This document shows positions 25,303-32,042 of a stretch of 32,927 bases of DNA, one piece after another. The notes beneath the pieces were generated by a model. It had not been told where the DNA came from and did not search any database. It worked only from the letters and a program-made list of their open reading frames with translations. Origin of the DNA: a virus. The translations under genes were made by a program, and so were the position numbers. The stretch is taken from IMG/VR virus record IMGVR_UViG_3300045988_149366, positions 1-32,927 of that record. One strand, 5' to 3'. Position 1 is the first letter of the stretch, and each line of letters opens with the position of its first letter.

Positions 25303-26132
25303 TGGCAACCGCACTACAGGTTCTCGCCACCGCGTCCGGCGAGGTCGGATACTGGCGTTTTGGTGACCCTCTGGAGGGCACGAAGTACGGGCGGGCATTC
25401 GCTGCCCGTCACGGCGACTACTATGGGGCGAGCGGTGTCCCCTACTGCGCAATGTTCATAACCTACTGCCTGCGCGCAAACGGGATTACGGACTTCGACT
25501 ACGCGTACGTGCCGTACATGATCGTGGAGGCGCGCCGACGCGGCTGGCTGGTTGGTGTCACTCAGGCGCGGGCTGGGGACATTGTCTGCTTCGACTGGGA
25601 TTCCGATGGCGTGGCTGACCACGTGGGCTTTTGCGAAATCCCCTACTCCTACAAGATGCAGACCATTGAGGGCAATACTGATGGCGGGCGCGTCAAGCGT
25701 CGTGTACGCGATCACTCTGTGATTATTGCCGTGATCCGCCCCAATTATTCGGGTGCGGCGCGTCCGGTGGTGCCCGCTGGAACTCTCGCAGTGGACGGTG
25801 ACTGGGGCATGGCGACTACGCGCGCCTTGCAGCGTATTAATGGCACGCCGATCGACGGGATTATCTCCAGTCAGTATGCGCCGAACATGCAGTATCTCCC
25901 GGCCTGCGCGTGGGCTGGCAGTGGCTGGCAGTGGGAGGGCGAGAGCGCCCAGGGCAGCCAGCTCATCGCACGAATGCAAAAAACCTTCCGCACAACGCCT
26001 GACGGGATCGCGGGACCGGCTTTCGCCCGTGGGCTGCAGCGCTACTACAAAGTGAGCGTGGACGGGTATATCGGTGCCGACTCTGTGCGCGCCATGCAGC
26101 GCGCTATCAACCGACAACTAGGGAGGAAATGA
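25302..26132 (+). CDS. endolysin: N-terminal CHAP-type peptidase/amidase + C-terminal peptidoglycan-binding repeats
   Basis: Cys (GVPYCAMF), His (GVADHVGF) and EGNT form a CHAP-like triad. The C-terminal DGDWGMATTRALQ and DGYIGADSVRAMQ are PG_binding_1-like. Confidence 0.8.
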   Translation: MATALQVLATASGEVGYWRFGDPLEGTKYGRAFAARHGDYYGASGVPYCAMFITYCLRANGITDFDYAYVPYMIVEARRRGWLVGVTQARAGDIVCFDWDSDGVADHVGFCEIPYSYKMQTIEGNTDGGRVKRRVRDHSVIIAVIRPNYSGAARPVVPAGTLAVDGDWGMATTRALQRINGTPIDGIISSQYAPNMQYLPACAWAGSGWQWEGESAQGSQLIARMQKTFRTTPDGIAGPAFARGLQRYYKVSVDGYIGADSVRAMQRAINRQLGRK

Positions 26133-26479
26133 TGTTGGGTATTGAATTTGACCCACTCATCACGTGTGGGCTGGTTGGTTTTGTGTGGCCGCTGGTGCAG
26201 GCTGTTTTCGACCGCCCTGAATGGACGGCCAACCGGCGACGGCTGATCGTCCTGATCGCGGGCGTGCTGCTGGGTGTCGTGATCTGGCTGGCAGGCGTGT
26301 ACCCCGCGTCATGGCGCATCTTCTGCACGCAGGCCGGTGTCGTGATCGGCGCGGCTAGTGCAGCGTTCACGGTACTCAAGCAGGTTGGTGTGATCGACTG
26401 GGTGGGACGTGTCACGCCTGGCGGGGAACCCTACCAGCCCAAGCACCTCACCAAAGACGAGGACGGGGGTCGCGTATGA
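26129..26479 (+). CDS. holin (multi-TM)
   Basis: 116 aa with three hydrophobic segments and a charged C-terminus; ATGA-coupled to the endolysin gene. Confidence 0.65.
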   Translation: MMLGIEFDPLITCGLVGFVWPLVQAVFDRPEWTANRRRLIVLIAGVLLGVVIWLAGVYPASWRIFCTQAGVVIGAASAAFTVLKQVGVIDWVGRVTPGGEPYQPKHLTKDEDGGRV

Positions 26480-27030
26480 GTGGAAGCGTCACGCCAGACA
26501 CCATAGCCGTCGCACTCAGCGCGCCCGAAGTCGGCGCAGGGCTGATCGCCCTCATCGTCGCCCTCCTCGGTGGCATCACCGCCATCGTGCGTGTCATCAC
26601 CAAGAAATTTGAGGACCGTCTCACCGGCATCGCGAGAACGGCAGACGCGACTCACGACCAGGTAGCGAATAATCACGACATGAATCTCAGGGACGATTTG
26701 GACCGTATTAGCGCCGACTTTCAGTCTTTTTCTGCTCAGGTCATGCAGCAGCTCAGCGAGATCAAAGCGTCGCTGTCTGATCAGGATCGACGGGCGCGGG
26801 AGGCTCAGCACGAGCAGCACCAGCGTGACGCGCAAAGCGAAGAACGCGTCCTCGGCATCCGGCAAGACCTCCGGGCTGCCACTGAGAACGCTGTCCGTGA
26901 GCGCGAACTCCTGCACTCTCGCGTGAATGAGACGAAGCAGGAAGTCAGAGACCTCGCCAGTGATACGAAGAAACGGTTTACCGAGGTTGATGAGACGGTG
27001 CGGAAACTGCACCCCGACATGAACAAGTAA
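26476..27030 (+). CDS. membrane-anchored coiled-coil protein of the lysis cassette
   Basis: One N-terminal TM helix (GAGLIALIVALLGGITAIVRVI), then a long charged helical region; ATGA-coupled to the holin gene. Confidence 0.55.
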   Translation: MSGSVTPDTIAVALSAPEVGAGLIALIVALLGGITAIVRVITKKFEDRLTGIARTADATHDQVANNHDMNLRDDLDRISADFQSFSAQVMQQLSEIKASLSDQDRRAREAQHEQHQRDAQSEERVLGIRQDLRAATENAVRERELLHSRVNETKQEVRDLASDTKKRFTEVDETVRKLHPDMNK

Positions 27031-27051
27031 CACACGGCACGCACGTAGAGC

Positions 27052-27101
27052 AGCGCCACCCACGGGATGACATTTCCCGGCGGGTGGCGCTGTTCTTTTT
27101 T
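27052..27101 (+). terminator. rho-independent terminator closing the late operon
   Basis: A 10-bp stem, AGCGCCACCC (27052-27061) / GGGTGGCGCT (27082-27091), with an inner CGGGA/TCCCG stem, followed by GTTCTTTTTT. Confidence 0.75.
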
Positions 27102-27108
27102 GTGTGTC

Positions 27109-27288
27109 TTAGTGCAGGTCGGTTCGCGCTCCACGCCCTGGACGGTTCGCCTGCCATCGGTCGATCGTTTCTGGCAGCCAGCCGCGTGCCGACCCAGTGC
27201 CTTCACCGATGAGTGCGTCCGGCGGGGGCGTCAGGCCTTTAGCGACGTATGACTGCCATGTTCCAGGAGCGATGCAGGCAGCGCCTAC
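27109..27288 (-). pseudogene. start-less C-terminal fragment of an excisionase/AlpA-like HTH gene abutting the integrase 3' end
   Basis: Hand translation of the complement: VGAACIAPGTWQSYVAKGLTPPPDALIGEGTGSARGWLPETIDRWQANRPGRGARTDLH*. It is bounded upstream by TAA (27289-27291) and has no in-frame ATG/GTG/TTG. The W...W...RPGRG pattern resembles actinobacterial HTH_17 proteins. Confidence 0.4.
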
Positions 27289-28457
27289 TTATCCAGCTTT
27301 TCCACCATCCTGTCCACAGCCGACGCCACACGATCAAAATCACTCAGCTGATATTTCAGCACGGTCTCGATCTGTGTATGCCCAGGCAGATCCATCAGCT
27401 CCTTGAGCGACGCGCCCGCTCGGCCGAGATTGGTCAGGCACGTGTGCTTCAGGTCGTACAGCTCTGCATCTTGCAGGCCGATCGCGTCCAGTGCTTTCCT
27501 CACGCGGCCGCTCACATGCTTGTCCGACGCCGGTTCGCTGAGATCAGTGGGCGACGGGAAAACCCACTCGTTTTCATTCAGATCTTCGATGAGCAGTGTG
27601 AGCACGTCAATCAGGGGAGCGGGCAGCGGTGCCCATCTGCCGCGCCGCGTCTTCGTCGGCCCCTCCACAGTCTCACCGTTCTCCCCACGCTGCATCCCAC
27701 TGCCATACCAGATGCGCTTACGCTCCAGATCAATATCGCGCTTACGTAGAGCACGCGCCTCAGACGGCCTGCACGCCGTGTAATACACCAGAGCAGCTAT
27801 CCCCGCATACACGGGCATGTCGCACGCCTGCAGCTGTTCATACAGCGCCTCGTACTCCACATGCGTGAAATAGTGCTGCTGGCGCTTGTGGTCACTCTGA
27901 GTGACTTTCCCTCCGGCTTTGACGTGGCACGGACTGGCATCCAGATAGCCCTGCTCAACCGCACTGTTCATCATCGAGGACAGTACACGGTACGCGTTCG
28001 CCTTGGTCGACGCCGACATGCCTTGAGCAGCCTTCTTGTACCACTCGTCGACGTCGGCACGCGTGATGCTCACGAGCTTCTCCCCTCCCAATGCAGGGAG
28101 GACGTGGCGTTCGAGAGACGACTTGTAGGACCTGACCGTGTTCGCAGAGATGCGCCCATCTTTCTGCTTCGCGCGCCACTGATCGAGCCACGCCTCAGAA
28201 AACTCTCGGACCGTTATCGACTCAACTTCCTCACGAGCCGCTTCTGCTTCACGCTTCTGAGCTTTCTGCCTGGGAGACAGATACGTCCCCTCGACGAGCT
28301 CTTCCTTCATGTGCCAGGAGCGCTCGCGGGCTTTGGTCAGCGTCAGGAATCCGCCCTCGATGTATTTCTTGCCTCGGTATTGGACGATGGCTTTGTAGCG
28401 CGTGCCGCTGCCCGTGGAGTATTTGACAACTCTGCCTATTCCCGACCTACCAGCCAT
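27285..28457 (-). CDS. int: tyrosine integrase with N-terminal arm-binding (AP2-like) domain
   Basis: YKAIVQYRGKKYIEGGFLTLTKA arm-binding domain, TACRPSEARALR (Arg I), PTKTRRGRWAPLP (Lys), LPGHTQIETVLKY (His, Tyr). Box II reads YDLKHT instead of the usual HxLRHT. Confidence 0.9.
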   Translation of the reverse strand: MAGRSGIGRVVKYSTGSGTRYKAIVQYRGKKYIEGGFLTLTKARERSWHMKEELVEGTYLSPRQKAQKREAEAAREEVESITVREFSEAWLDQWRAKQKDGRISANTVRSYKSSLERHVLPALGGEKLVSITRADVDEWYKKAAQGMSASTKANAYRVLSSMMNSAVEQGYLDASPCHVKAGGKVTQSDHKRQQHYFTHVEYEALYEQLQACDMPVYAGIAALVYYTACRPSEARALRKRDIDLERKRIWYGSGMQRGENGETVEGPTKTRRGRWAPLPAPLIDVLTLLIEDLNENEWVFPSPTDLSEPASDKHVSGRVRKALDAIGLQDAELYDLKHTCLTNLGRAGASLKELMDLPGHTQIETVLKYQLSDFDRVASAVDRMVEKLDK

Positions 28458-28475
28458 TGCCAGATCCTGTTCTCT

Positions 28476-28494
28476 AGGTTCTTTCTCAGGTTCT
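28476..28494 (+). repeat. direct repeat pair AGGTTCT(N5)AGGTTCT (candidate integrase arm-type sites, P arm)
   Basis: AGGTTCT at 28476-28482 and 28488-28494. Confidence 0.4.
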
Positions 28495-28499
28495 ATAAA

Positions 28500-28539
28500 A
28501 ACGTATATTAACGTACATCAACGTACATCAACGTATATT
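28500..28539 (+). repeat. four tandem 10-bp repeats AACGTAYATY (helically phased; candidate Xis/RDF or host-factor sites)
   Basis: AACGTATATT AACGTACATC AACGTACATC AACGTATATT, read directly. Confidence 0.6.
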
Positions 28540-28684
28540 CGCCACCCGGGCTTTTCCCCGCAATACCAACGAAAAACCCCACCGTTTCAACAAAACAGCG
28601 GGGCATCTGCGGAGGATGGGGGAACCTACTCACCCCACGCAACTATGCAGGTCAAGACCATGTTTTGCGAAATCGTCATTTTGT

Positions 28685-28702
28685 AGGTTCTATACAGGTT
28701 CT
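28685..28702 (+). repeat. direct repeat pair AGGTTCT(N4)AGGTTCT (candidate arm-type sites, P' arm)
   Basis: AGGTTCT at 28685-28691 and 28696-28702, in the same orientation as the pair at 28476. Confidence 0.4.
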
Positions 28703-28753
28703 CACCATGCCCAAATAATCCCGATACGCGCGTACAAGATGATGGTGGTCACC

Positions 28754-28759
28754 TATTCT
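28754..28759 (+). promoter_or_regulatory. candidate -10 hexamer TATTCT for a leaderless DUF3800 transcript
   Basis: TANNNT hexamer ending 7 nt before GTG 28767; no SD upstream of that start. Confidence 0.3.
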
Positions 28760-28766
28760 TGAACCT

Positions 28767-29417
28767 GTGTATGTATTTATTGATGACTCCGGGGACGCAG
28801 GGGTGAAATTCAACCGTGGGTCTTCAACGCATCTTGTCATGGCTGCATGCGTCGTTCCCAACGACAGCGCGCTCATAGATATACAACGCGTCATGTCCAG
28901 AATGCCACGCCATCTTAAGACAGCAGGCGAATTCAAGCACTCCAAAATGAAAGCCAGCCATAAGGAAGAATTTTTCAGGGCACTCGAATCGATGAACTTC
29001 CATGTTCGTACGATTATCGTCGACAAGCGAGAATTAAAAAGCGGTTTCTTACGTGAACATGCCAACGAAATGAAGTCGTACTTCATCAAACAGCTTCTCA
29101 CTCACACATGGGGACAGATCGAGAACGCGCAGATACTCATTGATGGGGCAGACTTACGAGCTTTCGGTGTGAAAAGCACGCAGTACTTGCTCTCTCAAAT
29201 CAATAGTGAAGAAGTGCCAGTGGCCTTGGAAATCGCCTGCAGAGATTCCAAGGAAGAATTAGGTCTCCAGCTAGCTGACATGGTGGCAGGCACGATCATG
29301 TCTGGCATCACCAAAGGTATCAAAGTAACAAAAACAGAGTCCTGGCAACAGGTGCGCAAACGGGCCTACCATCCAAAAGGGAACTGGTGGATTTTCAGGG
29401 ATAAGAAAACGGCCTAG
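28767..29417 (+). CDS. DUF3800-family protein (accessory / moron gene)
   Basis: The N-terminal YVFIDDSGDAG and the later LQLADMVAG match the two DUF3800 signature motifs as I recall them (DES-like and QxxD). The DNA is AT-richer than its flanks, and the gene sits between attP and the immunity genes. Confidence 0.65.
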   Translation: MYVFIDDSGDAGVKFNRGSSTHLVMAACVVPNDSALIDIQRVMSRMPRHLKTAGEFKHSKMKASHKEEFFRALESMNFHVRTIIVDKRELKSGFLREHANEMKSYFIKQLLTHTWGQIENAQILIDGADLRAFGVKSTQYLLSQINSEEVPVALEIACRDSKEELGLQLADMVAGTIMSGITKGIKVTKTESWQQVRKRAYHPKGNWWIFRDKKTA

Positions 29418-29605
29418 CCGTGCGCTTGGCACGGCACGCCACCATACGGAGACTGTTCGACCGCTTTCATTACCGATTCTAGGATATCTCGTGAGCATCC
29501 GTCGAGGGGTTGCTTTTGGTTTCTTGTCCGCTCGTGTGAGCTCCTGTAGTGCTGGGTGGTACAGTTTTTGTGTCGGTGATAAGTCTTCCGGAGGTGGACT
29601 TCCCC

Positions 29606-30082
29606 TTATGCGGGATAGCCGACTTCCCTTATTCCATTTGAAGAGCCTGCGCCGTGAGGTTCGCACTGCTCCCGCTCCAGTACTCGCCGGTATGCTTGGA
29701 CGGCTTTCCTGGGCACGTCGAGTTCGATGGCGAGGGCGCGCGTGTTCCACCCGTATTGGGTTTCCGCCCACATGTAGTCGACGCGGTCGATCATGAGGCA
29801 GGCTGTTTCTTCATCGACGCGGCGTTCCACTTTTTCGTCTTGGTGGCCGTCGTGCTTGTTGTTCACGTGGATTGATTCGTGAATGAGTGCGAATAGTCGC
29901 TGCGATGAGGACAGTCCCGTGTGGATGGCGACGAGGCTGCGTGTCAGGGAGTATGCGCCCCACAAGCCGCCTGACAGGTCGGCGTCGATGACGCGCACGC
30001 CTTGCCGTTCGATCCAGTCGATCACGCTAGTCTCGCTCACCCTCATGTTCACGGGCAGCATGGTAACGGTCGCCATGTGCAT
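29606..30082 (-). CDS. immA: ImmA/IrrE-family zinc metallopeptidase (anti-repressor protease)
   Basis: HEXXH (LIHESIHV). Start ATG 30082 is 1 nt after the repressor TGA; the track ORF extends spuriously to 30244. The gene lies downstream of an XRE repressor, as in ImmR/ImmA modules. Confidence 0.75.
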   Translation of the reverse strand: MHMATVTMLPVNMRVSETSVIDWIERQGVRVIDADLSGGLWGAYSLTRSLVAIHTGLSSSQRLFALIHESIHVNNKHDGHQDEKVERRVDEETACLMIDRVDYMWAETQYGWNTRALAIELDVPRKAVQAYRRVLEREQCEPHGAGSSNGIREVGYPA

Positions 30083-30083
30083 T

Positions 30084-30479
30084 TCAGTCCCACTCCGGGT
30101 ATTGGTCCGCGTCTTCCTCGCCGTCTCGAAGCTGCGAGGCGGCGTACCGTTGTTCTGCCAGCATCGCGTCTGCCTCACGCTGGTTTTCCTGCCTGCTGGT
30201 GGCGGGGAATCGCAGGACGTTACTGGGCGCGGCTTCGAGCGCATCCTCAGCCTGACGCATCACACGCCACGGGGTAAGACCAAGAGCCTTTGCGATTCCC
30301 TCAAATTCCGATAGGTATGTTGCTCGGCTTCCTGCAAATGTCTTCAAGATTGTTGTCCGCGCAACCCCGACTTTCTCCGCAAGCTCGCCGTGAGTCATCT
30401 TCGACTGCTCGAATGAGTCTCGAAGAATGGTGATAGCTCTCTGCTCAACTTCTGTCATCTCTGCAGGTTTTCTAGCCAT
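30084..30479 (-). CDS. XRE-family (CI / ImmR-like) prophage repressor
   Basis: HTH MTHGELAEKVGVARTTILKTFAG; divergent from the cro-like gene across the operator region. Confidence 0.8.
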   Translation of the reverse strand: MARKPAEMTEVEQRAITILRDSFEQSKMTHGELAEKVGVARTTILKTFAGSRATYLSEFEGIAKALGLTPWRVMRQAEDALEAAPSNVLRFPATSRQENQREADAMLAEQRYAASQLRDGEEDADQYPEWD

Positions 30480-30488
30480 AACCTAAGT

Positions 30489-30502
30489 GTTCCAAATAGA
30501 CA
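30489..30502. promoter_or_regulatory. operator O1 (imperfect copy) GTTCCAAATAGACA
   Basis: Matches the 14-bp palindrome consensus GTTCYAWWTRGAAC except in the last half-site. Confidence 0.5.
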
Positions 30503-30518
30503 CACCCACGTCAATAAC

Positions 30519-30547
30519 TTGACATAGTTCTATTTGGAACTTACTCT
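30519..30547 (+). promoter_or_regulatory. candidate early rightward promoter (TTGACA-17 nt-TACTCT)
   Basis: TTGACA at 30519-30524, a 17-nt spacer, TACTCT at 30542-30547, about 35 nt upstream of cro ATG 30583. Confidence 0.5.
30527..30540. promoter_or_regulatory. operator O2 GTTCTATTTGGAAC
   Basis: Near-perfect palindrome lying in the spacer of the candidate cro promoter. Confidence 0.6.
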
Positions 30548-30557
30548 TACCTCAAGA

Positions 30558-30571
30558 GTTCTAAATAGAAC
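30558..30571. promoter_or_regulatory. operator O3 GTTCTAAATAGAAC
   Basis: Palindromic apart from the central A/T core, located between the candidate -10 and the cro RBS. Confidence 0.6.
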
Positions 30572-30582
30572 AGGAGGAAGGG

Positions 30583-30804
30583 ATGGATGTAGCCCTTGAA
30601 ATCAAAGCCGAAGCGGCGCGGCAGCAGATCACGCTCGAAGAAGTAGCGCGTCGGATGAGTTCCTACCCCGAAAGGCTCTCCAGAGCGTTTAGCGGGGAAC
30701 GGGAGCTCAAGGCTTCAGAGATTGTCGATGCCGCAAGCGCTCTCGGTATGCGCGCATCCGAGCTGCTGCGTCGGGCTGAGGAAGCGGAAAAAAGAGATGA
30801 ATGA
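30583..30804 (+). CDS. Cro-like / XRE-family HTH regulator
   Basis: 73 aa; ITLEEVARRMSSYPERLSRAFSGE is an HTH; AGGAGGAAG RBS; divergent from the repressor. Confidence 0.75.
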   Translation: MDVALEIKAEAARQQITLEEVARRMSSYPERLSRAFSGERELKASEIVDAASALGMRASELLRRAEEAEKRDE

Positions 30805-31009
30805 GAAGCCTATGGGGGCTATCCGTATTAGCGGGAATAGCCCAACTTTGTTCTACGACAAGGACGGTAACGAATATCCGCTTACTGACCGGCCAGTAGT
30901 CCTTGAACACGCTGGTATGGGCGTCTGGTATCTCACTGTGACGCTCTTCTGTCAGGACGCTGAGGTACTAGCCCACGCCATTGATCGTGACGACCATCAG
31001 GCCAAATAA
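30797..31009 (+). CDS. hypothetical protein
   Basis: In frame with track ORF 30722..31009; start at ATG 30797 or 30812. Confidence 0.5.
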   Translation: MNEKPMGAIRISGNSPTLFYDKDGNEYPLTDRPVVLEHAGMGVWYLTVTLFCQDAEVLAHAIDRDDHQAK

Positions 31010-31012
31010 GTA

Positions 31013-31043
31013 GCGGCCTTCCTACTAGCACTAGGAAGGCCGC
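31013..31043 (+). terminator. strong 12-bp hairpin (possible T-tract-less terminator or processing/regulatory structure)
   Basis: GCGGCCTTCCTA (31013-31024) / TAGGAAGGCCGC (31032-31043) with a 7-nt loop; no U-tract follows. Confidence 0.4.
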
Positions 31044-31109
31044 CCAGAAAGGAAAACAAATGAACCAGGAAGTTCTCCTTGTTCTCAAGGATATCAGGAA
31101 GCGAGGCGG

Positions 31110-32042
31110 ATGGCGATGACCGCTATCACTGGGATTCACCCGTATGCGGATCAGTTTCCTATGTTGCCGCAAGCCGAGTTGGAGGAGTTGGCGCAGTCGA
31201 TTCGTGACAGTGGGTTGCGTCAGCCGATCGTGGTCACGGTGGACGGTTTGATTCTGGACGGTAGGAACCGGTTCCGCGCGTGCCGCATGGCTGGTGTTGA
31301 GCCTGACACCGTGGTGTATGAGGGCGCTGACTTGGCGGAGTACGTGTTGGACGCGAATATCACGCGCCGCAACATGACTACTGGTCAGCGCGCTATGGCA
31401 ACAGCCCTCGTGCTGGAAGCAGACGGCAGAAGAACAAACGGCAGGTGGAAACGCGGCAGCATAGATATTTTGGGAACCCAAAATAGCGAAAACAACTGGC
31501 GTTACGTTCTTGCACAAGCCGGAACTGTTCTTGATTACTCGCCTGCGCTGGCTGGCCGCGTCCTGGACGGCACACTCGCCCTCGACGCAGCCTACAAAGA
31601 AGCCAACGAAATCAAGCAGTCCGAAGAACGCGACAAGATCATGGCGCGCGAACAAGCCCGCCGCCAGCGTGAAGAAGAAGCCGCCGAAGCCGAACACAAC
31701 GCGCGCATCGTCACCGACCTGACGCAAGCAGGCTCCAAATACGTCGCCCTCATCGAGGACGGCACCATGACCCCGCGCGCCGCGTGGAGCGCACACCGTG
31801 AGGACACGCGCAAACAACGCGAACACCAAGAAAAACTCGCACGCGGCTGGCGAGACACCAACCGGCACATCACAGAAGCCGTCGCCATGCTGCAAGGCGG
31901 CGCTGAGCAAGCCGAAATCTTCTTCAACGACGCATACCCACACGAAGCCGACACCGTGGCCGAACCCCTGCGCCTGACCATCAGCAACACGCAACAGGCC
32001 ATCGACTTCCTCACCTACCTGAACGAAAGGCTCCCACGATGA
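31110..32042 (+). CDS. ParB-like nuclease-domain protein
   Basis: IHPYADQFPMLPQAELEELAQSIRDSGLRQPIVV..LILDGRNRFRAC is a ParB N-terminal (sulfiredoxin-like) domain, followed by a long charged helical C-terminal half. Confidence 0.75.
   Translation: MAMTAITGIHPYADQFPMLPQAELEELAQSIRDSGLRQPIVVTVDGLILDGRNRFRACRMAGVEPDTVVYEGADLAEYVLDANITRRNMTTGQRAMATALVLEADGRRTNGRWKRGSIDILGTQNSENNWRYVLAQAGTVLDYSPALAGRVLDGTLALDAAYKEANEIKQSEERDKIMAREQARRQREEEAAEAEHNARIVTDLTQAGSKYVALIEDGTMTPRAAWSAHREDTRKQREHQEKLARGWRDTNRHITEAVAMLQGGAEQAEIFFNDAYPHEADTVAEPLRLTISNTQQAIDFLTYLNERLPR

Larger units (their letters stand above)
28458..28766. other. candidate attP region (int-proximal, repeat-rich intergenic region)
   Basis: A 309-nt non-coding gap upstream of int. 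Two AGGTTCT pairs flank about 190 bp, and four phased 10-mers lie next to the first pair. Confidence 0.45.

Noticed and set aside
25314-26117. 267-aa minus-strand ORF
   Set aside because: It is antisense to the endolysin, which has clear CHAP and peptidoglycan-binding motifs. It is a shadow ORF.
27249-28511. + strand ORFs 27249..27749, 27403..27783 and 27861..28511
   Set aside because: They are all antisense to the integrase gene, which carries recognisable catalytic motifs. Their translations are low-complexity.
28500-28539. Tandem 10-bp repeats considered as a possible CRISPR-like or minisatellite array
   Set aside because: There are only four contiguous 10-mers with no spacers, next to int. 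They are far better explained as protein-binding sites in attP.
28540-28680. Search for a tRNA/tmRNA 3' fragment as the attP core, and for tRNA genes elsewhere (GGTTCG motifs at 5902, 10441, 27120 and 27143)
   Set aside because: I found no 5-bp stem / 7-nt TTCRANY loop / acceptor arrangement on either strand. The GGTTCG occurrences lack flanking complementary stems.
29544-29569. Weak hairpin CTGTA/TACAG followed by TTTTT as a terminator for the DUF3800 gene
   Set aside because: It has only a 5-bp stem with an 11-nt loop, which is not convincing enough to annotate.
31060-31119. 19-codon ORF upstream of the ParB-like gene, considered as a gene feature
   Set aside because: It is too short and unsupported to call as a CDS, so I kept it only as a low-interest observation.
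30933-31994. 353-aa minus-strand ORF
   Set aside because: It is antisense to the well-supported ParB-like gene. It is Val/Gly/Ala/Phe-rich with no motifs and no RBS.
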